Positions 26,986 to 33,732 are shown, counted from the first letter of the stretch. The stretch is DNA of 41,430 nt from Solirubrobacteraceae bacterium (GCA_036388715.1 DASVRH010000405.1:1-41430), one strand, 5' to 3'. Notes: generated by a model not told the origin, from the sequence alone. A program made the numbers and translations.

Positions 26986-27933
26986 ATGCGCTCGACGATC
27001 GCCGCGGCTTTCAGCCTGCACCTCGATCTCGCGGCGGACGAGGCCATCCGGGCGCTGCGCGATGCCGGCGTGCCGGCGATCGTGCTCAAGGGGCCGTCGA
27101 TCGCGACGTGGCTGTATCCCGAGGGGACGCGCCGCTACAACGACATCGACCTCCTCGTGCCGGTGGACGGGCTGCCACGGACGCGCGCGGCGCTGGCGGG
27201 CCTCGGGTACAGCGGCGGCTACGCGCCGCTCGAGGAGGCGCGCGAGGCCCCGGGACACATCGACCACCACGCCGAGAACTGGCGCCGCCCGGGCTCGGGC
27301 ATCGACCTGCACTGGCGCATCCCCGGGATGACCGTGCCCGCCGAGCGGGCGTGGGAGCTCCTGGCCGACCACGTCGAGCCGCTGCCGGTCGGCTCGCGGA
27401 CCCTGCCGGTGCTGGACCACACGGCGCTCGCGCTGCACATCGCGCTGCACGCCGCCCAGCACGCCGGCGTCGTGGACGGGCACCCGCTCCGCGACCTCGA
27501 GCGCCTGGTGGCGACGCTGCCGGACGACGCGTGGCCGCAGGTCGAGCGCCTTGCGGCCGAGGTGGGGGCCACCGGCGCGCTCGCGGTCGGCCTGGGCCAG
27601 ACGCCCCAGGGCCGCGAGATCGCCGAGCGCCACGGCATCCGCGGCGGCATCGACGACCTCCACGTCGCGCTGAACGCCATCGGCGCGCCGCCGTCGACGG
27701 CGGGCCTGAGCACGCTCGGCCGGGGCGTGCTCGGCCGCGCGCCGGCCCGCGACGTCGCCCGCGTCCTCTTCCCGCCGCCGTCGCTGATGCGCGAGACGCA
27801 CCGGATCGCCGGGCGCGGGAGCGCCGGGCTGGCCCTCGCCTACGCCGCCCGCCTGGGCGACCGGCTGGTGCACCTGCCGCGCGCCGTCGTCGCGCTCAGG
27901 CGCGCCCGGCGGCTCCTGCGCGAGGGCGGCTAG
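26986..27933 (+). CDS. Nucleotidyltransferase family protein (PF14907-like uncharacterised nucleotidyltransferase)
   Basis: ATG at 26986 gives ...AIRALRDAGVPAIVLKGPSIATWLYPEGTRRYNDIDLLVPVDGLPRTRAALAGLGY...GIDLHWRIPG. This matches my memory of the family pattern (LKG...R...DIDLLV...LH). The track ORF starting at 25945 is a read-through. Confidence 0.75.
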   Translation: MRSTIAAAFSLHLDLAADEAIRALRDAGVPAIVLKGPSIATWLYPEGTRRYNDIDLLVPVDGLPRTRAALAGLGYSGGYAPLEEAREAPGHIDHHAENWRRPGSGIDLHWRIPGMTVPAERAWELLADHVEPLPVGSRTLPVLDHTALALHIALHAAQHAGVVDGHPLRDLERLVATLPDDAWPQVERLAAEVGATGALAVGLGQTPQGREIAERHGIRGGIDDLHVALNAIGAPPSTAGLSTLGRGVLGRAPARDVARVLFPPPSLMRETHRIAGRGSAGLALAYAARLGDRLVHLPRAVVALRRARRLLREGG

Positions 27934-28901
27934 AGCGCGGGGACGGGCTGCCGGCGCAGCCACTCGACGGTCTGCGCGACGCCCTCCTCGAGCCCGATCC
28001 GCGCCTCCCACCCGAGCAGCCGCTTCGCCTTCTCGACCGAAGGCCACCGGCGCACGACGTCGACCTCGAACGACGGGAGGTGCTCGACCTCGAAGGCGTC
28101 CGGATCCTCGCCGCAGGCGGCCCAGATGACCCGCGCGATGTCGAGCACCGTCCGCTCGTCGGCGGCGCTGACGTTGAAGTCCTCGTTCAGCCCGTTCGGA
28201 GAGGAGGTCGCGGTGACGATCCCGTCGGCGATGTCGTCGACGTGCGTCAGCGTGCGCGTCTGCGTGCCGTCGCCGAAGAGCTGGAGCGGCCGCTGGCCGC
28301 TGAGGACCTTGCGGATGACGTCGGGGACCCTGTGCGCGATCCCCGGCTCGGGCTCGGGCATCTCGCCGGGCCCGTAGGCGTTGAACGGGCGGCAGATCGT
28401 GAAGGGCAGGCCGTGCTCGTCGTGCGCGGCGCGGCAGTAGACCTCGCCGGTGAGCTTGCTGAACCCGTACGCCGAGCGCGGGATCGGCGTGTCGTGGATG
28501 TGCTCCTCGCTCGTGGGGTACTCGGTGGCGCGCTCGAAGACCATGCTCGAGCTCACGTACACGAAGCGCTCGGCGCCGTGGTCCAGCGAAGCGCGGATCA
28601 CCGCGTTGTAGAGCGCGTTGTTGACCTCGGTCAGGGTGTGGGGGAGGCGGTGGAAGTTCGCGATGCCGCCGACGATCGCCGCGAGGTGGATGACGTGGGA
28701 GCAGCCCTGGGTCGCCGCCCGCGCCTCGGAGATGTCGCGCAGGTCGCCGCGGTGCACCTCGCAGCCCTCGCGCATCCACTGGGGCGCCTCGCGCTGGTCG
28801 GAGACGCGCACGTCGAAGGCGGGGTCGCGCAGCAGCCGGCGCACGACGGCGGCGCCGATCGTGCCGGCTCCGCCGGTGACGAGAACCCTGCTCACGGCCA
28901 T
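27930..28901 (-). CDS. NAD-dependent epimerase/dehydratase family protein
   Basis: MAVSRVLVTGGAGTIGAAVV..., with YGFSK (YxxxK) and FGDGTQTRTLTHVDDIADG. Confidence 0.85.
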   Translation of the reverse strand: MAVSRVLVTGGAGTIGAAVVRRLLRDPAFDVRVSDQREAPQWMREGCEVHRGDLRDISEARAATQGCSHVIHLAAIVGGIANFHRLPHTLTEVNNALYNAVIRASLDHGAERFVYVSSSMVFERATEYPTSEEHIHDTPIPRSAYGFSKLTGEVYCRAAHDEHGLPFTICRPFNAYGPGEMPEPEPGIAHRVPDVIRKVLSGQRPLQLFGDGTQTRTLTHVDDIADGIVTATSSPNGLNEDFNVSAADERTVLDIARVIWAACGEDPDAFEVEHLPSFEVDVVRRWPSVEKAKRLLGWEARIGLEEGVAQTVEWLRRQPVPAL

Positions 28902-28930
28902 CGAGGCTAGCCATATACTCGCCGCCGCGA

Positions 28931-29563
28931 ATGACCGAGGCCCGCCCTGACCTGGTGGAGATCGAGGGCCTGGGGCGGAGCTTCGGCGCCCGCGAGGTCA
29001 TCCGCCGGCTGGATCTGCGCGTGCCCGCCGGCGCCCGTGTCGCGCTCCGTGGCCCGAACGGCGCGGGCAAGTCCACGGCCCTGCGCTGCGTCGCGGGCAC
29101 GCTCGCGCCCACGCGCGGGACGGTCGCCATCGACGGCTTCGCGGCGGGCAGCGTCCCCGCCCGGCGCCGGATCGGCGTCTCGTTCGCCCAGGAGCGCTCG
29201 TTCCACATGCGGCTGAACGGCCGGGCCAACCTGATCTTCTTCGCCCAGCTGCACCTCGGCAGCCGCCGCGCCGCGGTGCGCGAGGTGGACGCGCTGATCG
29301 AGGAGCTCGACCTGCGGGAGATCGCGCCCCGCCGGCTCGACCAGTGCTCGACCGGCATGGTCCAGCAGCTCGCGATCGCGCGGGCGCTGAGCGCCGACCC
29401 CGACGTGCTCCTGCTCGACGAGCCGACGCGGTCGCTCGACAAGGAGGCGATCGCGCGGTTCTGGGCGGCGATCGACCGGCGCCCGGACGCGGCGGTGCTC
29501 ATCGCGACGCACCGCGACGAGGATCTCGAGAGGTGCGGGAGCATCGTTGACTTCCCGACCTGA
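28931..29563 (+). CDS. ABC transporter ATP-binding protein
   Basis: Walker A is GPNGAGKST, the signature-like motif is CSTGMVQQLAIARAL, and Walker B is LLLDEPTRSLD. Confidence 0.9.
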   Translation: MTEARPDLVEIEGLGRSFGAREVIRRLDLRVPAGARVALRGPNGAGKSTALRCVAGTLAPTRGTVAIDGFAAGSVPARRRIGVSFAQERSFHMRLNGRANLIFFAQLHLGSRRAAVREVDALIEELDLREIAPRRLDQCSTGMVQQLAIARALSADPDVLLLDEPTRSLDKEAIARFWAAIDRRPDAAVLIATHRDEDLERCGSIVDFPT

Positions 29564-30365
29564 GCTGCCGCGCCTGGGCGCCATCGCCGCCTTCACGCGG
29601 CGGGATGCGTCGAACGCCTCCTCCTACCGGCTCGCGATCGCTCTCGATCTCGTCCTCAGCGTGCTGCCGCTGGTCATCTACTTCTACATCTCGAAGCTGT
29701 TCGACATCCCGCCGAGCGCCGCGCTGCAGAACGCGCCGTCGTACTTCGCGTTCGTCGTCGTCGGGCTCACGCTCGCGACCGTCGTGCAGGCGGGCACCAT
29801 CGGCATCGCGGCGACCCTGCGCCAGGAGCAGTTCACCGGCACGCTGGAGGCGATGGGCGTCAAGCCCGTGACGCCGATCGAGATGGCGCTCGGGATCGCT
29901 TCCTATCCGTTCCTGTTCGGCACGCTGCGCGCGACGCTCTACCTCGTGCTCGCGGCGACGGTCTTCGGCGCCGACTTCTCGGACGCGAGCGTGCCCGGCC
30001 TGGTGATCGGGTTCGCCGTGACCGGCCTCGCCCTCGTGGCGATCGGCATCGCGGTCGCCGCCGTGGTCTTCGTCGTGAAGCGCGGCGAGGTCTTCAGCAA
30101 CATCACCGTCTCGTTGCTCGTGATCCTCGGCGGCGCGTACTTCCCCGTCACGATCTTCCCGGCCGGCGTCGAGGGGGCGGCGAAGGTCGTGCCGACGCGC
30201 TTCGCCTTCGAGGGTCTCCGATCCGCGCTGTTCACGGGGACGGACTGGGCCGCGCCGATCCTCAAGCTGCTCGTGTTCGGTGCCCTCGCGCTGCCGTTGG
30301 CCCTGCTCTTCTTCAGCTGGGCGCTCGACCTCGCGAAGCGACGTGGCTCCCTCGGGCAGTACTGA
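29547..30365 (+). CDS. ABC-2 type transporter permease
   Basis: Six predicted hydrophobic helices. The start overlaps the ATPase gene by 17 nt. The TTG start is as given in the track. Confidence 0.8.
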   Translation: MTSRPELPRLGAIAAFTRRDASNASSYRLAIALDLVLSVLPLVIYFYISKLFDIPPSAALQNAPSYFAFVVVGLTLATVVQAGTIGIAATLRQEQFTGTLEAMGVKPVTPIEMALGIASYPFLFGTLRATLYLVLAATVFGADFSDASVPGLVIGFAVTGLALVAIGIAVAAVVFVVKRGEVFSNITVSLLVILGGAYFPVTIFPAGVEGAAKVVPTRFAFEGLRSALFTGTDWAAPILKLLVFGALALPLALLFFSWALDLAKRRGSLGQY

Positions 30366-31536
30366 GCAGCCGCTGCGCCCCACGCCGCTCGAGGTCGCGA
30401 GCGGCGTGGTCGTCGGCGAGGCGCCGGCGGCCGCCCCGCCCGACGCGGGCGGCGGGCTGAGCCCGCGACAGGCGCTCGAGCGGCTGGTGCTGCCGGCGTT
30501 GCTCCGGCCGCCGTGCCTCGTGAGCTTCTCCGGCGGTCGCGACTCGTCGCTCGTGCTGACGATCGCCGCGCATGTGGCGCGGCGCGAGGGGCTGCCGCTC
30601 CCGAGCCCCATCACCGTCCGGGTCGCCGACGCGCCCGCCGCGCAGGAGGACTGGCACCAGCAGACGCTCCTGCATCACCTCGGCCTCACGGACCAGTGGA
30701 TCAGGCTCGACGTCCCGCAGGGGGAGTTCGACTGGGTCGGCCCGGTCGCGGGACGAGTGCTGCGGCGGCACGGGCTCCTGTGGCCGCCCAACGCGTTCTT
30801 CCACGCGCCGCTCTTCGAGCAGGCGCGCGGCGGGTCGCTGCTCACCGGTGTCGGCGGCGACCAGATGATGGCGACGTGGCGCTCGGCACGGGCGATGCAG
30901 GTGGTGTCGGGTCGCGCGCGGCCGGCCCCCCGCGACGCCCTGCACGTCGGCCTCGCCTTCGCGCCGCGGGCGGTGCGAGCCGCGGTGCGGCGACGGCGCG
31001 ACGACGTCCCTTCGTGGCTGCGCCCGCCGGTGGCACGCGACGTCATGCGCAGGCGCGCGGCCGAGGACGCGAGCGAGCCCCGCCGCTGGGACCGCCGCCT
31101 GCCCTGGGTCGAGCGGCGGCGGATCCTCGCCGCGACACGCTGGAGCCTCGCGCTGATCGCGGCCGACTCCGGCACGCACGTGGCGCACCCGCTTGCCGAC
31201 CCGCTCTTCGTCGGCGCGCTGGCCCGGGCCGGCGGCGCCGGCGGTCTCGGCGACCGTCGCGCGATCATCAACATGCTTCTCTCCGACCTGCTCCCCGACG
31301 TCCTGCTCGGCCGCGCCGACAAGGCGTTGTTCCAGGAGGTGTTCTTCAGCGCGCCGTTCCGGGAGTTCGTGCGGACGTGGGACGGCCGCGGCGTCGACCC
31401 CGCGCTGGTGGACGTCGAGCGCCTTCGGGCGGAGTGGGCGCAGGAGGTGCCGCACTCCCGCACCGCGCTGGTGCTGCAGGCGGCCTGGCTCTCAGCCCAG
31501 GGCGGCGAGGCGGTCGACCGTGGCATCGAGCGCTGA
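30343..31536 (+). CDS. Asparagine-synthetase-domain (PP-loop, lasso-cyclase-like) protein lacking an N-terminal glutaminase-type domain, paralogue 1
   Basis: PP-loop is LVSFSGGRDSS. AsnB C-terminal blocks are HVAHPLADPLF and LLPDVLLGRADKALF. Similarity to paralogue 2 already covers PLEVASGVVVG, so the start must lie upstream of about 30385. GTG 30343 is chosen here and GTG 30280 is also possible. Confidence 0.8.
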   Translation: MAPSGSTEQPLRPTPLEVASGVVVGEAPAAAPPDAGGGLSPRQALERLVLPALLRPPCLVSFSGGRDSSLVLTIAAHVARREGLPLPSPITVRVADAPAAQEDWHQQTLLHHLGLTDQWIRLDVPQGEFDWVGPVAGRVLRRHGLLWPPNAFFHAPLFEQARGGSLLTGVGGDQMMATWRSARAMQVVSGRARPAPRDALHVGLAFAPRAVRAAVRRRRDDVPSWLRPPVARDVMRRRAAEDASEPRRWDRRLPWVERRRILAATRWSLALIAADSGTHVAHPLADPLFVGALARAGGAGGLGDRRAIINMLLSDLLPDVLLGRADKALFQEVFFSAPFREFVRTWDGRGVDPALVDVERLRAEWAQEVPHSRTALVLQAAWLSAQGGEAVDRGIER

Positions 31537-32367
31537 CCAGTCCCTCGGGCGCGTCAGCTCGTAGGCCGGGAGGCTCACGAGGTCGAGCAGGCCGACGGGA
31601 TCGTCGCCGGGCAGGATCGCCGAGCGCTGCGCGACGAGCGGAGCGAACCGCTCGGAGATCGGGACGGGCCGCAACGCGACGTCGTCGCCCCACGACAGCT
31701 TGATCCACCCGCCGAGGGGCACCGCCGCGGGGACCGGTGGCACCGCCAGGCGGCGACGCGTCGCGTCGCGCACGAGCGGCGCCGCGCCGTCGCCCGTCAG
31801 CCGCTCGGCGGCCTCCGGGCGCAGGTCGATCGCACGCGGCCCCGCGAGGGCGTCGCGACCCTCGATCACGAGGACATCATCGGTCACGATCGGCGCCCCG
31901 GCGAGGTGCAGCGCGGCCATCAGCGTGCTCTTCCCGGCCTCCCGCGCGCCGATCACCGCCCACGCCCTGCCGCCCGCGACGAACGCGCCCGCGTGGAGGC
32001 TCTCCCGGCCCGCCCAGCGCGCGAAGACCGCGCCCACCGGCGCCAGATAGGGGTGGACGAGCTCGTCGTCGGCGATCTCGTACGGGGTGACGAACGTGGC
32101 CGAGCGATCCTGCCGACGCAGGACCAGCGATCCGCCGCGCAGCAGCGGGAACGTCGCCTCGTCGCTGCCGATGTGGATCGGCAGCGACCCATCTCCGGTG
32201 CGGCGGTCGATGTCGATACCTCCCCAATCCTCACCAGCGCTGTTGAGAAGGCCTGAATCGACGTCACTCCGGATTTGCAACCCGTAGGCGCCTCGTAGTA
32301 GCGTGCCGACATTCTTCTGCTGCGGCGACGTCGCAGGAGGCCGCCAAGACTTCCAATCAGGAGGCAC
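31492..32367 (-). CDS. HPr-kinase-like (HprK-related) P-loop kinase
   Basis: VIGAREAGKSTLMAAL is the P-loop, followed by APIVTDDVLVI as in HPr kinase/phosphorylase relatives. Start is uncertain. GTG 32367 would sit 1 nt from the divergent peptide ATG, and its first codons CCT CCT are the antisense of that gene's AGGAGG. TTG 32280 is the only other in-frame candidate. Confidence 0.75.
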   Translation of the reverse strand: MPPDWKSWRPPATSPQQKNVGTLLRGAYGLQIRSDVDSGLLNSAGEDWGGIDIDRRTGDGSLPIHIGSDEATFPLLRGGSLVLRRQDRSATFVTPYEIADDELVHPYLAPVGAVFARWAGRESLHAGAFVAGGRAWAVIGAREAGKSTLMAALHLAGAPIVTDDVLVIEGRDALAGPRAIDLRPEAAERLTGDGAAPLVRDATRRRLAVPPVPAAVPLGGWIKLSWGDDVALRPVPISERFAPLVAQRSAILPGDDPVGLLDLVSLPAYELTRPRDWSALDATVDRLAALG

Positions 32368-32368
32368 G

Positions 32369-32545
32369 ATGCCGAAGGCAGAGTATTACGCGCCGTCGCT
32401 CACGACACTCGGGTCCGTGCAGGACCTGACCCTGGGCTCCGGTGGTGGTTTCCCCGACACCTGCGACCTCGCGGTCGGCTCGGTGATCGGCGCCGATCCG
32501 TGCTCCGGTCAGCCGGCGCCGGGCGGCATCGGGACGAAGCCGTAG
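32369..32545 (+). CDS. Lasso-type RiPP precursor peptide (58 aa)
   Basis: AGGAGG lies 4 nt upstream of the ATG. The product is MPKAEYYAPSLTTLGSVQDLTL-GSGGGFPDTCDLAVGSVIGADPCSGQPAPGGIGTKP. The leader fits YxxPxLx3Gx5Tx exactly, and the core starts with Gly1 and has Asp8. Confidence 0.8.
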   Translation: MPKAEYYAPSLTTLGSVQDLTLGSGGGFPDTCDLAVGSVIGADPCSGQPAPGGIGTKP

Positions 32546-32550
32546 GCAGT

Positions 32551-32571
32551 TCCGGCCGCGAACCGGCCGGA
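32551..32571 (+). promoter_or_regulatory. Intercistronic hairpin between the precursor gene and the downstream cyclase-like gene
   Basis: TCCGGCCG cgaac CGGCCGGA forms an 8-bp stem with a 5-nt loop. It starts 6 nt after the precursor stop and ends 6 nt before the ATG at 32578. Confidence 0.55.
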
Positions 32572-32577
32572 CACGCA

Positions 32578-33732
32578 ATGCAGGACGTGGCGGCGGGGAG
32601 ACCCGCCGTTCGTCTGTCCGGACTCGAGATCGCGACGCATCTCGTCTTCGGCCGTGCGCGACACACGCGCCTGCCGGAGGCGCGCGCGGAGTCGCCGCGC
32701 GAGGCGCTGGAGGCGGTCGTCCGCGAGGCGCTCGTGCGGCCGCCGTGCGTCGTCAGCTTCTCGGGCGGCCGCGACTCGTCGGTCGTCCTCGCGGTCGCCG
32801 CGCACGTCGCTCGCCGCGAGGGGCTCCCTCTGCCGGTCCCCGCGACGATCCGCGCGCCCGCGGTGGCCGGGAGCGTCGAGGACGACTGGCAGGAGCGGGT
32901 CGTCGCGCACCTGAGGCTGCCCGAGTGGCAGCGCGAGGTCGTCGACGACCAGCTCGACTTCGTCGGGCCCGTCGCCCGGGACGTCCTCGCGCGGCACGGA
33001 CTGCTGTTCCCCGCGCAGGTCCACTTCCACGTCCCCCTCCTGCGCCACGCGTCCGGCGGCACGCTGCTGACCGGCGCCGGCGGCGACGACGTGCTGGAGG
33101 CGGGCCCGCGGGCGGTGCTCGCCTTCGCCTGGCGCCGGTTCCGCGCGGGTCATCAGCGCACGGCGGTCACGCCGCTGATCGCGGCCGCGCCGCGGAGGGC
33201 CCAGGTCGCGTACGTACGGCGACGGCGCCGGCTGCGCGCCCCCTGGCTGACCGACCGGGCGCACCGGGAGCTCGACGATTCCATCGCCGAGCAGATCAGG
33301 CCGCCCGGCGCGGCGGCCGGGATGCGCTGGACGTACGAGCAGCGCTGGCTCGAGCTCGTCAAGGACAGCCTCGGCCTGCTCGCCACCGATGCGGGCGCCG
33401 CGATCGCCCACCCGGTCGCCGACGGCCGCTTCGTCGCCGCGCTGGCGGGCGCGGCGGGATGGGCCGGGCCGGGCGGGCGCTCGCGGCTGCTGCCGCGTCT
33501 GGCGGGCGACCTCCTGCCCCGCGACGTCCTGCAGCGCCGCGACAAGACGGCCTTCGCCGGCGTCTACTGGAACCGCCACACGCGCGAGCTGCTCGAGACG
33601 TGGCAGGGCGAGGGCGTCGACACCGACGTCGTGGACGTGGAGGCCCTGCGCGAGACGTGGGCGTCCCGCCACGTCAACATGGCGACCGCGCTGCTGCTGC
33701 AGTCAGTCTGGCTGGCCCGCCGCGGCGGCTGA
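32578..33732 (+). CDS. Asparagine-synthetase-domain (PP-loop, lasso-cyclase-like) protein lacking an N-terminal glutaminase-type domain, paralogue 2
   Basis: VVSFSGGRDSS, AIAHPVADGRF and LLPRDVLQRRDKTAF are colinear with, and highly similar to, the 30343-31536 product. ATG 32578 is chosen so the gene does not overlap the precursor gene. Confidence 0.8.
   Translation: MQDVAAGRPAVRLSGLEIATHLVFGRARHTRLPEARAESPREALEAVVREALVRPPCVVSFSGGRDSSVVLAVAAHVARREGLPLPVPATIRAPAVAGSVEDDWQERVVAHLRLPEWQREVVDDQLDFVGPVARDVLARHGLLFPAQVHFHVPLLRHASGGTLLTGAGGDDVLEAGPRAVLAFAWRRFRAGHQRTAVTPLIAAAPRRAQVAYVRRRRRLRAPWLTDRAHRELDDSIAEQIRPPGAAAGMRWTYEQRWLELVKDSLGLLATDAGAAIAHPVADGRFVAALAGAAGWAGPGGRSRLLPRLAGDLLPRDVLQRRDKTAFAGVYWNRHTRELLETWQGEGVDTDVVDVEALRETWASRHVNMATALLLQSVWLARRGG

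Noticed and set aside
32303-32368. N-terminal extension (MPTFFCCGDVAGGRQDFQSGGT) of the precursor ORF as given in the track
   Set aside because: The internal ATG at 32369 has a perfect AGGAGG 4 nt upstream and yields a leader of canonical length and register. The extension would bury that ribosome-binding site in coding sequence and adds no known motif.
26200-33732. Search for a hidden PqqD-like RRE or transglutaminase-type leader peptidase among small or alternative-frame ORFs. Examples checked: 32087-32287, 31193-31564, 30572-30868, 29605-29871 and the 26200-26889 product.
   Set aside because: All candidates are either shadow frames with low-complexity Arg/Pro/Ser composition or, for 26200-26889, a TM-anchored Thr/Pro-linker protein with no Cys/His/Asp peptidase pattern. 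This inspection was by eye only, so a profile search is still needed.
30343-33732. Reading the two AsnB-like genes as housekeeping asparagine synthetases or as WbpS-like uronic-acid amidotransferases of the glycan pathway
   Set aside because: Both lack the N-terminal Cys-nucleophile glutaminase domain, are duplicated, and bracket a peptide gene with an exact lasso leader. The sugar-amidation alternative cannot be fully excluded without phylogeny, so it is kept as a refutation route.
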